Of a stretch of DNA of 64,000 nt, positions 1 to 11,470 are shown one piece after another. Under the pieces are notes generated by a model. The model ran no database searches. It was given only the letters and a program-made list of their open reading frames with translations, and was not told the DNA's origin. The stretch is from Camelus dromedarius (lineage: Eukaryota): contig NC_087467.1 of NCBI RefSeq assembly GCF_036321535.1, forward strand, positions 19,034,001 through 19,098,000. The letters run 5' to 3'. Position 1 is the first letter of the stretch. Every line of letters starts with the position of its first letter. Both the position numbers and the translations under genes were made by a program.

Positions 1-75
1 GTGAAAAAGTATTACCTCTGAAATGGGTAAACTATGTGATATATAAAATACACTCAATAAAAGTCTTTAAAAAGT
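1..75 (+). mobile_element. Old L1 (L1M-type) 3' end fragment
   Basis: aaatgggtaaactatgtgatatataaaatacactcaataaaagtctttaaaaa resembles the L1M 3' terminus with polyA signal. Confidence 0.5.
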
Positions 76-270
76 GATTCAGCAGGAGACATGCTCTATC
101 TTCCTTACTCCTATGAAGCTAACAGGAAGTCTGCCTTGGCCCTGAGCAGAGTAGCAGGGTGAACGCAACCTCAAGAACTGTAACCTTAAGAAGGTTCACA
201 AATGGATATTAGCCAACTCTGTGCTTGTAATAGATAATTCTTAAGCGATAAATCAATTTCAAAATTGTTC

Positions 271-291
271 CTAATACTTTCCCATATTTAT
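271..291 (-). CDS. Putative exon 5 (terminal; INMGKY*) of unnamed 160-aa gene
   Basis: Minus-strand acceptor cacttttgatctcttcag|ATA AAT ATG GGA AAG TAT TAG; phase 0 matches exon 4. The gene could instead continue beyond the window edge. Confidence 0.45.
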   Translation of the reverse strand: MNMGKY

Positions 292-640
292 CTGAAGAGA
301 TCAAAAGTGTGACAATATCCTGGATGATTACAACTCTGGACACAGCTTATTTTTCTCTATTGCTGAAAGCTTAAAAGTGAAGTGAACTTAAATTCAGTTC
401 CAGTTTCCTAGAAGCTCACAAATTACAACAGGCAATGTTCACAAATAACATATGTATTTTTTAACTATTTCCCAAGCGAACTCTCGTAGTTTAAGTCACA
501 GAGTTGTGATCCCCTTTCAACGTGGTCTGCGGGAAAGAGCTCCCAACTGAGGCAAAACAATGTCCCTGTAAGACTCCTCCTTACTGGGTATTCTTTCATC
601 TCTAAGAACTAACCTCATACAGGAGCAGCATTTTACTTAC

Positions 641-694
641 CCAACTGACAATTACATGTGATAAAATACGGAAAAGATCACCATCCCTAAGTTG
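641..694 (-). CDS. Putative exon 4 (QLRDGDLFRILSHVIVSW)
   Basis: Acceptor ttttattccttcacag|, donor TGG|gtaagt; 54 nt; only frame 0 is open. Confidence 0.6.
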
Positions 695-2235
695 CTGTGA
701 AGGAATAAAATAGCAAAAATCCAGTAAACTCCTTTTTTGTGGTTTAGCCTAACAGGTAATGGCTTGGAATTTAGTAGGGGAGAAGAACAGTAGGAAGGGA
801 GGGAGTTTAGGGGGAAACAGGGGGTGAAGGAAAAGCCAAGTTCACGGAGAGCATCTGAACATAACTTAAAAACCATGTTCTTCAAGGTTAATTGAAATAC
901 AAACAGAAAATATCTATTAGACTGAGACTGCTTGCAGTTAGTACCTGAATCTGATCCATCTTTTTATTTCCTGGACTGCCTAGTATAGTATTTCACATGC
1001 TGTAGTGCTCAGTCTTAAGTTTTCTAGAAAACAAAGCTCATGTTTTACTTGGGAAATACAAGCTTAAGGCTTGAGTTTTATCTTAAGTCTTTATTTCTAA
1101 AAATTTGAAGATGAATGGGTTTCCAACACATGCAACAGGGTCCCAGCTGCACTGCTCACCACCAGTGTTCTGATCTAACTTTCAATTCCACAACCCCGCA
1201 AAGCCCACAAACCTAATTTCTCCCACACAATTCCAATAATAATATTCCATTGTTTAAATTGTCCTTATATCTCCCAAGTTTCTGCACGGTTTTATGGTTT
1301 TTGCCTCTTCTCTTAACCCATTTACTTCCTACACAATTGGCCTCGGTGCCTCAGTTTCTGAACACTGCACCTGCTACCTCACTCAATTCACCCAACAAAT
1401 TCATCAGAGTTTTTTTTTTTCCCAATAGTTAAAGCAAAAGAGGAGTTACGATCAGCACTGAGAGATTTAGTTTGTGTGCAAGAAAAAAAGATAATGTTTT
1501 TGCCAATACCGTTGCTATGCAACCACTGTAATATGACAACGAGCACTAAAATGAAACGTAAATGCAAGTGGAGGATGGTTTTAAAAGAATGTGGTTAAAG
1601 ACTGGTAATCAAAGCCAGCACTGTTGGAACTTCCTAAAAAGAATGAGCTGGAGAGGAAGTCAAGGGCTTCATAAGAGTTTATAGAGTTTGTTTTTTTACA
1701 AAGGAAGCCCAAGTACAGACCCATGGGGTTGTTCCTTAAATTCTGTAATTATCTCAGGCCGTGCATCTAGAATGCACAACTAATTATGATTAAAGCACTA
1801 ATGGGCCACCTACACCAGTTATGATGCAAAAGAGACACATCACCATTAAGACTGCTTCAACATTTAAACTGTAGCTGAAATAGAAGGTACATTTTTGTAA
1901 TGGAGACAACATGATCACAAAGATGACTGGAAACATGAATGCTACAGTTCCTCTATGAAACAGCATAAAACCCAATCATTTGAATATTTGAGGAACATTT
2001 AAGAAAAATAATGTATTATTTTAATAAATGTTCCAAAATCTAATAATGGAATCAAGCATTACAGAAAATAAGGTATTTCTTGGGATATTTTCTGCATATG
2101 AGACAAAGCATTCTCTATGACTCTTGCAATTTTTTTCCCCTTTTTTGTAGGGTGCCAAAATGTAGCCATAAAATTCACATCTAAATGAAGACCTTCTGCT
2201 TCTTTCTTTAGGAAGATGACAGTAATTACAGGGTC

Positions 2236-2713
2236 TGTATTAGTCAGGGTTTCCTAAAGAAACAGAACCAGTAGGATGTACATCTCTAGAGAGAAAACCC
2301 ATTGTTACAAGGAATTGACTCATGACGTCATAGAGGCTGGCAAGTCCCGAGATCCCCAGGATGAGTCAGCAAGCTAACTGGATGGTGAAGTTCCAGTCTG
2401 GAAGCTGGCAGCCTAAACGCTCAAAAAGGGCCGATGTTTCAGTCCAATTCCAAAGGCTGAAAAGGACCAAACCTCCACCCAAGCAGTCAGGCAGGGGATG
2501 GCCCCTCCTATTCAGACTTTCTGTTCTATACAGACCTTCAACTGATTGGCTGAGGCAATTCACATGAGGAAGAGTAATCTGCTTTACTCAGTCTACTGCT
2601 TCAAATATTAGTTTCATCCAAAGATACCCCCAGAAACATCCAGAATAGCATTTGGCCAAATATCTGGGCACCCTATGGCCCAGTCAATTTGACACATAAA
2701 ATTAATCATCACA
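2236..2713 (+). mobile_element. MLT2-type (ERVL) solo LTR
   Basis: Begins tgtattagtcagggtt, ends ttgacacataaaattaatcatcaca; flanks gggtc/ggggc form a degraded 5-bp TSD. Confidence 0.85.
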
Positions 2714-3277
2714 GGGGCCTTGTCTGAAATGTTCCCTCTGTATTTCAAGGGTCCCACAATCTGACCTCAGTTTAATTTACTTCCTGTTTCACATGAAATG
2801 TTGGTGCACATGAGGCTTCTTGTTTTTGGTTATCTGGTTCGGATCAACGCTCTCTATGAACATGCTCACACTACCATGCCTTTGATAAAAGTAGCCTCTG
2901 TGCTAAGAATGCCTTCCCTCTCTTTGTCTATCCACATCTCATTTAAGTTCAGCATCCTGGCTCCATTGTCATCTCCAGGAAGCTTTCTTGGACCCTTTTA
3001 GCTTGCACATGACTCTCCTCCCTCTGAACTCATATCCAGTAAAAACTGCAAAGGAGGGAGGGAGTCCCTAGCGTGATAGGCTGAACACAAGGAGAGAACA
3101 TTTTCTGCCATCTCTGTGGAAAACAGGATGGTGCTCGATCCGTAAGATTTACCTATTACAAGCTTGCAGACTGACTGGCTGGCCTCTCCATTAATCTTTA
3201 CCAAAGCTAACCTTGAACCCATTTTGGGAGTATCTCTTAAAAAAAAAAAAACCACAGTATTTTCTATTTAAGCTCAC

Positions 3278-3478
3278 CATCTTAATATACAGAGTTCTTC
3301 TGCCAGGGTTCAGTAGGTACTCTGTGAGAACTGTTCCACATGTAGATGTATTTTTTATGTATTTGTAGGCGAGAGTGAGCTCTGCGCCCTTCTGTTCTGC
3401 CATTTTGAAGCCTCTCTCAAATATACAAAGTTGAGTCATTTTGAAAACTTCCCTCACTTTCCCTTCACACGCTGCAAC
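3278..3478 (-). CDS. Putative exon 3 (VAACEGKVREVF...RRTLYIKM, 67 aa)
   Basis: Acceptor gatagttcag| (weak pyrimidine tract), donor ATG|gtgagc; 201 nt; only frame 0 is open; lies inside track ORF 3191-3490. Confidence 0.62.
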
Positions 3479-3889
3479 CTGAACTATCACGGCAGTTATA
3501 ATCCTTTATAAAACTCTTTACAGAAGTTCCAATGACACCTTTGGATGAAATTTTATTGATTACAACAGGTCAGAATGTACTTCAATTCACTAAAAAGTAC
3601 AGTCACCGTGTTTATTGGTTCTTGGACAGAAACCTGGAGTGCCAGTGATACCAAAAGATATTATTAAGAAAAAAACCACAAAATTATCATTTTAAATAAA
3701 TGAGCCAAACTAAATACAAATAGGATTTCAATTTTCCATGCAATATGGTCTGAAGATTTGATTGTAAGCTTTATAAGACTGAAAATTGGCCAAATATACC
3801 AGATTATGCAAAAGTGCTCACTAATTATATGGGGATAAATGATTTCTATTTGTTTAATATATGGTTATGTATTATTAAAATTAAAAAAT

Positions 3890-4640
3890 TTCCTCACAGC
3901 ACATAAAAAAATAAATTCAGAATGGACCAAAAACCTAAATGTAACACCTGAAACCATAAAACTCTTAGAAAAGAACAGAGAAACATTTTCTGACATAAAT
4001 CGTACACATATTTTTCTTAGGTGTCTCCCAAGGCAATAGAAATAAAAGCAAAAATAAACAAATGGGACCTAAACAAACTTAGAAGCTTTTGCATAGCAAA
4101 AGAAATCATCAACAAAACAAAGAAACAACCTACTGAATGGGAGAAAATATTTGCAAATGATATGAGAGATAAGGGGTTAATAGCCAAAATACACAAACAT
4201 CTCATACAACTCAATATCAAAAATACAAATGACCTGATTTAAAAATGGGCAGACCTGAAGAGACATTTTTCAAAAAAAAAGACATACAAACGGCTAACAG
4301 GCACATGAAAAGATGTTCAACATCGCTCATCATTAGAGAAATGCAAATCAAAACCACAATGAGGTATCACCTCACCCCTATCAGAATGGCCCTCATCAAA
4401 AAGTCTACAAACAACAAATGTTGGCAAAGATGTGGAGAGAAGGGAACCCTTGTAAGCCTCTGGCGGAAAATAAATTGGTGCAGCCACCATGGAAAAAGAG
4501 TATGGAGATTCTTCAAAAAAGCTAAAAACAGAACTACAATCATACCCAGCAATTCCACTCCTGGGTATGTATTGGAAAAAAACAAAAACTAATTCAAAAA
4601 GATAAACCCACTTCAATGTTCAATGCAGCGTTATTTACAA
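3890..4640 (+). mobile_element. L1 ORF2 C-terminal fragment (relatively young, truncated at both ends)
   Basis: Track ORFs KAIEIKAKINKWDLNKLRSFC and [33 protein letters not shown] are L1 ORF2 sequence with frameshifts. Confidence 0.93.
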
Positions 4641-4679
4641 CTTAAAAACTTCTAAAACTAGTAAGTTGTCATATATAAT

Positions 4680-5430
4680 GCAGCTATCACTAGATTTCTC
4701 CCGTATCAACAACTAAAAATCAGATAAAACAAAAGAAACATTTTTTTCAGTCATAGAAAGAAACATAAAACTACATTAACGATCTAGAATTAGCAAAAAT
4801 AAAATGCAATTCACATGAAAAAAGCTGCAGAACTTAATTGGAAGACGCAAAAGGAGATAGAATATATCCAGATACACATGGGGGCTTTTTTAGCCCAAAG
4901 CATTAAACAGCATTGAAAAGTCAATATTCCCCAAATTAATATAATGCTTTAATTCAATCAGCATAGTAATTTTGTCGACTTGACAAAATTTTAATATTTC
5001 TTTGGAAGAATATGTATAACAATGGTTTTTAAACTATCAAACAGAAATGTTACGATAGTAAGTTACCCACAGAACATAAATAAAGGATATAAAACTACCA
5101 AAAATAAAATAGTGCGGAATTGGTGCAAAATATGGCATCACTGTGAAATAGGATAAATTATCTGAAACAAAGCCTAACTCAGTAATAGAATGTACAGTAA
5201 AAACGGTCATTGCAAACAATGGGGCTAGAGTATTCAAAAAGAGTTGGGGGGGAATGGCTCTTGGAGAGAATTATCAAATCCAAGCCTCCTCTTATACTGT
5301 AACCCAAAGAGTTAAGTGTAAAAAAGAAAACGTGGAAAAATATATGTATTTAACTGATCTTTGGATGGGCAGCGTTTCTAAGTACACCAGAAATAAAAGA
5401 ATACACAAAGAAGGTAATAACATTTGTCTA
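4680..5430 (+). mobile_element. Old L1M ORF2 relic
   Basis: A-rich degraded L1 ORF2-like motifs (gtcaatattccccaaattaatata, cttgacaaaattttaatattt); boundaries approximate. Confidence 0.6.
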
Positions 5431-5929
5431 GGTAAAAGTTTTAGTTATGCTTGTCAGTTAAAGGCTGTCTTCACCCAGCTCTCACTGACATGCAGGCTGA
5501 CCTCCATCTTGCCACTCACCTCCCGTCCAGCTCTGTCCAGCCCTTCACGTTCTGTCCGACATTCTGACTCTGCATCTTCCTCCCGGAGCTCCAGGACGCC
5601 CAAAGGTCACGTCTCTCTCCTCCGCCTGCTTCCGTATTGATCCTCACCAAAGCAGGAACCTAGATGGGCGCACCAGTTCATGGGTGAGTCCAGGTGTGCT
5701 CAGTCCTGCTTGACTAGCAATTGCTCTGACACTAAGTTGATTCAGGTGTTACTGATTTGAACCCAACCCCCCAAGTGCACTGCATCTTGTTGGACGATGC
5801 ACTAGTCCCAAGGGGATGTAAGCAGCCCATTCCCCTTTTTCTCTTGACATTTGGTTTTGAAGTAGAAATATCAATCTCACAATTCTACCATTGCTTTCTA
5901 TTCCTTCCAGAGACTTCCGGCTACAGCTC

Positions 5930-6040
5930 CTTTGGGGGAGGGGAAGTAATTAGGTTTGTTTCCTTATTTAATGGAGGTACTGAGGACTGAACCCAGGACC
6001 TCGTGCTAAGCATGCGCTACCACTGAGCTGTGCACTCCCC
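5930..6040 (-). mobile_element. Vic-1-like tRNA-Ala-derived SINE
   Basis: ggaggtactgaggactgaacccaggacctcgtgctaagcatgcgctaccactgagct is the reverse complement of the SINE head. Confidence 0.9.
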
Positions 6041-8147
6041 GCAGACCCACATCCTTTAATTCTCAATCACCAACAGCTCTTCCCCTAAGTTGGTCATTCC
6101 CGCAACAATTCAGTGGCCCCTTCTAAGTGCTTTACATCCTTACCTCTCACCTCTGAGACAGTACCATCCATCCTACCTCCTGCACCTAAAGTCTGAAAGG
6201 CTTCTGAATCACCTGACCCCCACTGGCGGCCAAAGCTCCAAGAAGCTTAGTTACAGCTGGGGGACTAGTGGAACGACTCTGAAGTTGATGCAGGTTTGCC
6301 ACTTACTTGATAACCATTTAAACTGAGGTGCAAGTAAATACTGCCTCCAGGGTCTAAACACACAAATGGCAGCTCTACAAATATAGACCAGGAGATTAAC
6401 GTGTGATCTTTTACCCATAACATAAATCTAGGGCTCCTTTTTCGTGCAGGGGCAAGAGTGTCCATCTCTCTATTTCTCTCTCTATTTGAACATCCTGAAT
6501 CCATCCCTTCCTGCCTTTGCCATGTGCCATGTTGTTACTCTGCTACCTACTTGGGGCAGGGGGCCCTGTGTCTTTTCTTACACCAATGGTAAGAAACACA
6601 GCCCAGCCCAGAGAAACTTCAAATAGCTCTCAACTCAAAAATTTCCCCCCAAGACTGCAGAGAACCACATGCCATGGTCTTAGCCCCTCAGAACATCTTC
6701 ATGTGGGCATTTCTAGGTCAGTGGCGTGTGCTAGGGGTGAGCCCCTCGCTTCTTCCTCCTGAATGTTTCTATGTCTGTTTATACTGAAATGCATACACAA
6801 AAGCAGAACTGTCATGTTCACCTGTGTACTGCTGAGTCGTCCCTGACACACAGTAGACGTGCAGGAAATATTAATTGAGGGAATGAATGACAGAGACTCC
6901 ATCTGCAAACAGCTTCTCTCTCTTCAATTGCAAACCTCTGAACTGCAGATTCTCTAGTAAGCAAGTCTAACAGGGGAAGAGTTAGCATTGGTCGTGAAAG
7001 AAACAGCATGGAAAGGATAGATGACTATAGAGAGAAACTATTCTGAGATCCAATTAGAATGTCTCTTAGAGGAGAAAAGTTGAAAGAAGGAATGTCTTGG
7101 TTTGATTCAATTAATTCTCAGGATGGTGAGGTCTTCTATTTTTAACCTCCACTGTCCTAAGAATAAAATTTCTTCTCCTGCTCAGAAGATAGTCTTTTGG
7201 CCTCCATCAGCCTTTGCCCTGATTTGCTTTATTAATGTCTTCACATAACTTTCTTTGATTCTGTATGAATGGGGATATAGTCTAATGCACAGAGCCTTTT
7301 AGAAAAGCTTTCTTCCCAGGGTTACAGTAATTTTAGAATGTGTTTTTCTTTTGTTTGAAAGCATAAATAGCATACTGAACTTTGTTTTGTTTGAGGTCAT
7401 AGGTGTTGTATTTTCATTATGTACTTATACTTTTCATTACATATTTTCCTATCCTTTGGCTTTTTTTCTGTGGTTGTGCCTGTAGAATTAGACCAAAGTA
7501 CTTTAAAGTAAACACTTAAATTTATTAAATTGTTCCCCCTTTAATTTATTAAGCTAAAATTTGACTAGCTCTTGGGTAATTTATCTTCTTTTAAATAGAA
7601 ACTGAAATTTAAATTTTAAATTTTAAAATCAGTCATAATGTAAAACAACCATGGTTCCTTGATAAACAGACCCTCCAAGAAATTCCTTAAGTAATGAAAA
7701 AATTATTAACCAAAAATTTACAGAATGACTTTCATGAAAATTCATGTTGCAATCACCGTAATATTTTGGTCATATCTACTACAATATAATTTAATTATCT
7801 GATTTGATAAATTGATTTTGCCTCATGTTCAGTCCTGTGATATATTCACTTCTGATCTGTGAGCGCCCACCTGCATTTATGGCAAAAACCTCAAGAGTGA
7901 AGATAATGTAGGTCCTGTTCTCAAATAACTTCTCTATTTCTTCTCAAACTCCTAAAAAAAACTTCTTCAAAATAAAAACAAAAATTCTTAGAGTAACTGA
8001 GGTAGATTTTCATTTTGTTTCAGGTAATATTATAACGTCAGCACAAAACTATCAGAAGTTGATAATGACTTGGGAGTGTGGAAAGGTAAAATACATAAAT
8101 ATTCACAAGTCCTTTTCAATGAAATCTGATAACTTTTAATATTTTCT

Positions 8148-8302
8148 TTTTTAAAATACTTTATTCTTTATTATTTTATTTTCTTAGGCAGGTGGGGGGA
8201 GCAATTGGGTTTATTTATTTATTTTAATGGAGTTACTGGGGATTGAACCCAGGACCTCGTGCATGCTAAGCACACTCTATCACTCAGCTATACCCTGACC
8301 CC
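8148..8302 (-). mobile_element. Vic-1-like SINE
   Basis: SINE head plus T-rich tail; degraded TSD aacttttaatattttct (8131-8147) / aacctttagtattttct (8303-8319). Confidence 0.92.
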
Positions 8303-8429
8303 AACCTTTAGTATTTTCTAATAAGGCTGTCTGTGTTATTTTTGAACATGAGTAGTTTTTCTCTAGTCATTTTTCTTTCTAGAGGAAGGCGAATATCTGA
8401 AAAGAAGCTTTTACAAATATATTAGCTGG

Positions 8430-8546
8430 AAAAAAAATGAAAAAGAATATAAAAACAAATATATGTCTGTATATGCATGGTTGGGACATTGTGCTGTACA
8501 TCAGAAATTGACAGATTGTAACTGACTATACATCAATAAAAAAAAT
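8430..8546 (+). mobile_element. Short 5'-truncated L1 3' end
   Basis: gggacattgtgctgtacatcagaaattgac...catcaataaaaaaaa; degraded TSD aaatatattagctgg / aaatacattggttgg. Confidence 0.85.
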
Positions 8547-8816
8547 ACATTGGTTGGTTGTACTGTATACAGTGGTTCCTTGTGGCAGTATCCTGATGAA
8601 CTTGTCAACTAAAAAAACACGTGTTTTGAAAACCGGAAAAAAACTTGCAAAAACAAGAGTAGAATCTTCAAAACAGATGTCTAGGGGTGTCAAAGGTTCA
8701 TTAGATACAGATGGCAGTTTGGAGACTGACTATCTTAACACAAAGCTTCAAATAACAGAAAAAAAAATGGTACCTCATTGCTGTTGACTTGAATCTAGAG
8801 CTGAACTATAACTGAC

Positions 8817-8964
8817 CATTTGAAAGTTCCATTCAGGTCTGAGAAGAGTTATTAAACTTGCTGTCCTTATCGATATGTTGCATTCAAGGTCTGCAGTCCA
8901 TTTCAGGGGATAGTTGTATGATGTTTTAGAAAACTGAACTGTTTCATATTCCTCATGTAAGTAG
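8817..8964 (-). CDS. Putative exon 2 (S-YLHEEYETVQFSKTSYNYPLKWTADLECNISIRTASLITLLRPEWNFQM)
   Basis: Acceptor cccttcaacttattttcaag|, donor ATG|gtcagt; 148 nt, phase 2 in and phase 0 out; only one frame open. Confidence 0.6.
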
Positions 8965-9289
8965 CTTGAAAATAAGTTGAAGGGAAGGAGATGATATATT
9001 TGAATATTCTTACCCCTGTCATGCTTTGAGAAGCCTCCAGTATATTTCCTTTGTGAATTCTGTAATTTGTGGAAGCTACCTTTTAGAACACATTCCTAAC
9101 TAAATAATTTCAATACTACAAAATTTGAATTGAGATAGTAAAAACAAAGGGGGCACGTTTGCCAAAATACTACTAACTGTTGATTTTGTAGGTGGAAAAT
9201 AATGTATAAAGCATCTATCTTCTAGTCTATTATCTTACCTATATTATTCTATAAGCCACGATATTATGCCTTTTAAACATAGGAAAACT

Positions 9290-9430
9290 AATTTAAGAAG
9301 GCTGGTCTTGAAATGTCTGTAAGTGACTCCAGGAACGTGTTAATCTCTCTGAACCTCAGTTGCCCCATCAATAAATGGGAGCGTACACTATCCCTACCTA
9401 ATTTCTCAGGGTCACTAAAAAACTTAAATG
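9290..9430 (+). mobile_element. MIR
   Basis: ctctgaacctcagttgccccatcaataaatggg MIR core. Confidence 0.65.
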
Positions 9431-10542
9431 AGTTCCACTGTATGTGATGTACACTGGGAGGATGTCAGCATCTCTGGAAGTGAGAAAGACGGGGCAGCAA
9501 ACCCAGAATATAACAGCAGGGAGTTCAAGCTGAAGATCAGGAGGAAGTCAAATCCATAGACTTTTAGTGCTGATCTCAGCCTGCTGGAGAGAACAGGTAG
9601 AGGACATAAGGAGACCAAGGGCGGAGATTCAGTTGTACCATGGAGGTAAATATGGACCACGCACAAATTAAACTCTTGAGCTTTCATCTCTTCACATGAA
9701 AATGTGGATAATTTCTATGGTATATGGGGTTTTTTGTTTGTTTGATTTTCCTAAATATTTTGCAACGGACATGATTTCATTTTATACTGAGAAAAAAAAT
9801 CTTATTTTATGTAAAAAATATTAAGGAAGAGGCAATTCTTACATGATTGTTACAAGAATTAAATAAGATGCTATCATAAAGCACCACAGCTATGTGATTT
9901 TTATCAGAATGGTAAAGAACCCTAGCAATAATCTTAGCCAAATGTCCTCATTTAAGAGATCAGTAACCTGAGGTCTAAAAGATGAAGTGATTTAGTCCAG
10001 TGCTTGTAATGGTACAACCTCCTGATTCTCTTCCTCATATTGCTTTCACCATACATACTCTTGGGAGCACTACAGACAGAGAACTTGGAGAATGAGATTT
10101 AGAAAAGGAAGTCTGTGAGCAACAAGGAAGGGAGAGAGTGGGTGGGCTTCAAAGGGCAGAGCCCTGCAATTCACTCCTCTTGAATCAACCAGGTAATGTG
10201 CACCTACTAGCCAACAGAATAGGGAGTCTGGAGGAGGGAAAAAAAAAACCCAACAGCAACCAAAACTAATGATTCGGGGAGGAAGAAAGGTTGGAAATTA
10301 AATAAGAAAAAAAAAGGGGGTGGGGAGTAGAAAGAAAGGAGAAGGAAGTGAGAAAAGATAAACATTAGATGCCAATTTTTGGTCTATTTTGTTATCTAAC
10401 AGACATTTGTACAGTAGAGTAGGAAGAACAGAGACTTGGACATGGGAGCTGAATTTGAATCCTGACTCCACCCAAGATGAGATATCACTTGAGAAACAAA
10501 GTCACTGTAAACCAGTGTCATTTTCTGTATTAATAAATTATT

Positions 10543-10667
10543 GGAGGAGGGTATAGCTCAAGTGGTAGAGCGCATGCTTAGCATACAGGAGGTTCTGGGT
10601 TCAATCCTAGTACCTCCAGTAAAAATAAATAATTAAATCTAATTACCTCCCCCAAAACTAAAAACAA
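10543..10667 (+). mobile_element. Vic-1-like SINE
   Basis: ggaggagggtatagctcaagtggtagagcgcatgcttagcat...gggttcaatcc; TSD aaattatt on both sides. Confidence 0.93.
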
Positions 10668-11329
10668 AAATTATTTTTACTTCTATCAGATATATCCTGG
10701 ACACCTATTATGTACCAGGCATTCTAGCCATTATTTGATTATTCTTATGCACCCCACCCCCCAAATTCTCCAAAGCTACTCTACACATCACTAATTTACA
10801 GAAGAGGACCCTCAGAGTTGGGGTAGTGGCTGTCAGCAACACTGTGCCCTCACATAACCTTCATGATGACAAATGATCAGTTCCAGTAAATTTAGCACAT
10901 AGGTTTGATGTGTGGACAGATAACTAGAAGTTTAAAACAAAACTAGAGCACTGGGAGTATTAACTTTGCCACATGGTAACCACCTTCAACTAGATATGAC
11001 AGAAAAACTGAAATTCACCAGTGAAAAACCTACTACAGACAGCTTGGGAAATCACTTCCAGCTAAGATGTAGACTTGAAAGGCATTCTAGCATGGAGAAA
11101 ATGGACACTATATTGTATTTTAAAAAAGGAAATCGGCATGTTTTAAATCACAAATGTATGACAATGCAAATCCCAGTGTCACTGGGTACAGCAGAGACAT
11201 CTTGACAGTTCAGAATAAAATGGACAATAATGCATCTGAAATTAAAATATAATTAATATGTATTTAATGCTTACTATCTTTAAAGAATTATGCTAAGTAT
11301 TCTACCACCTATCATTTAAAAAATTCTTG

Positions 11330-11470
11330 AAAGGATTGATGCTACCATATATACTTATTATCCAGACAAGGAAACTGAGGCTTAAAGACGTTACGCAACT
11401 TTCCTAAGATTATGCAGCTACTCAGTGTAGCTGTGGATCTGGGTCTCAAGCTTAGTTCTGCCTCTTGCCA
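11330..11470 (-). mobile_element. MIR
   Basis: acaaggaaactgaggcttaaagacgtta...cctaagatt MIR core, reverse orientation. Confidence 0.7.

Noticed and set aside
1790-1975. Hydrophobic 61-aa ORF in the putative intron 3
   Set aside because: Both candidate acceptors give stops in the phase needed to join the model
3371-3520. Plus-strand acceptor followed by GESELCALLFCHFEASLKY...NPL*
   Set aside because: Antisense overlap of putative exon 3; ends in a stop with no phase-consistent plus-strand partner exons
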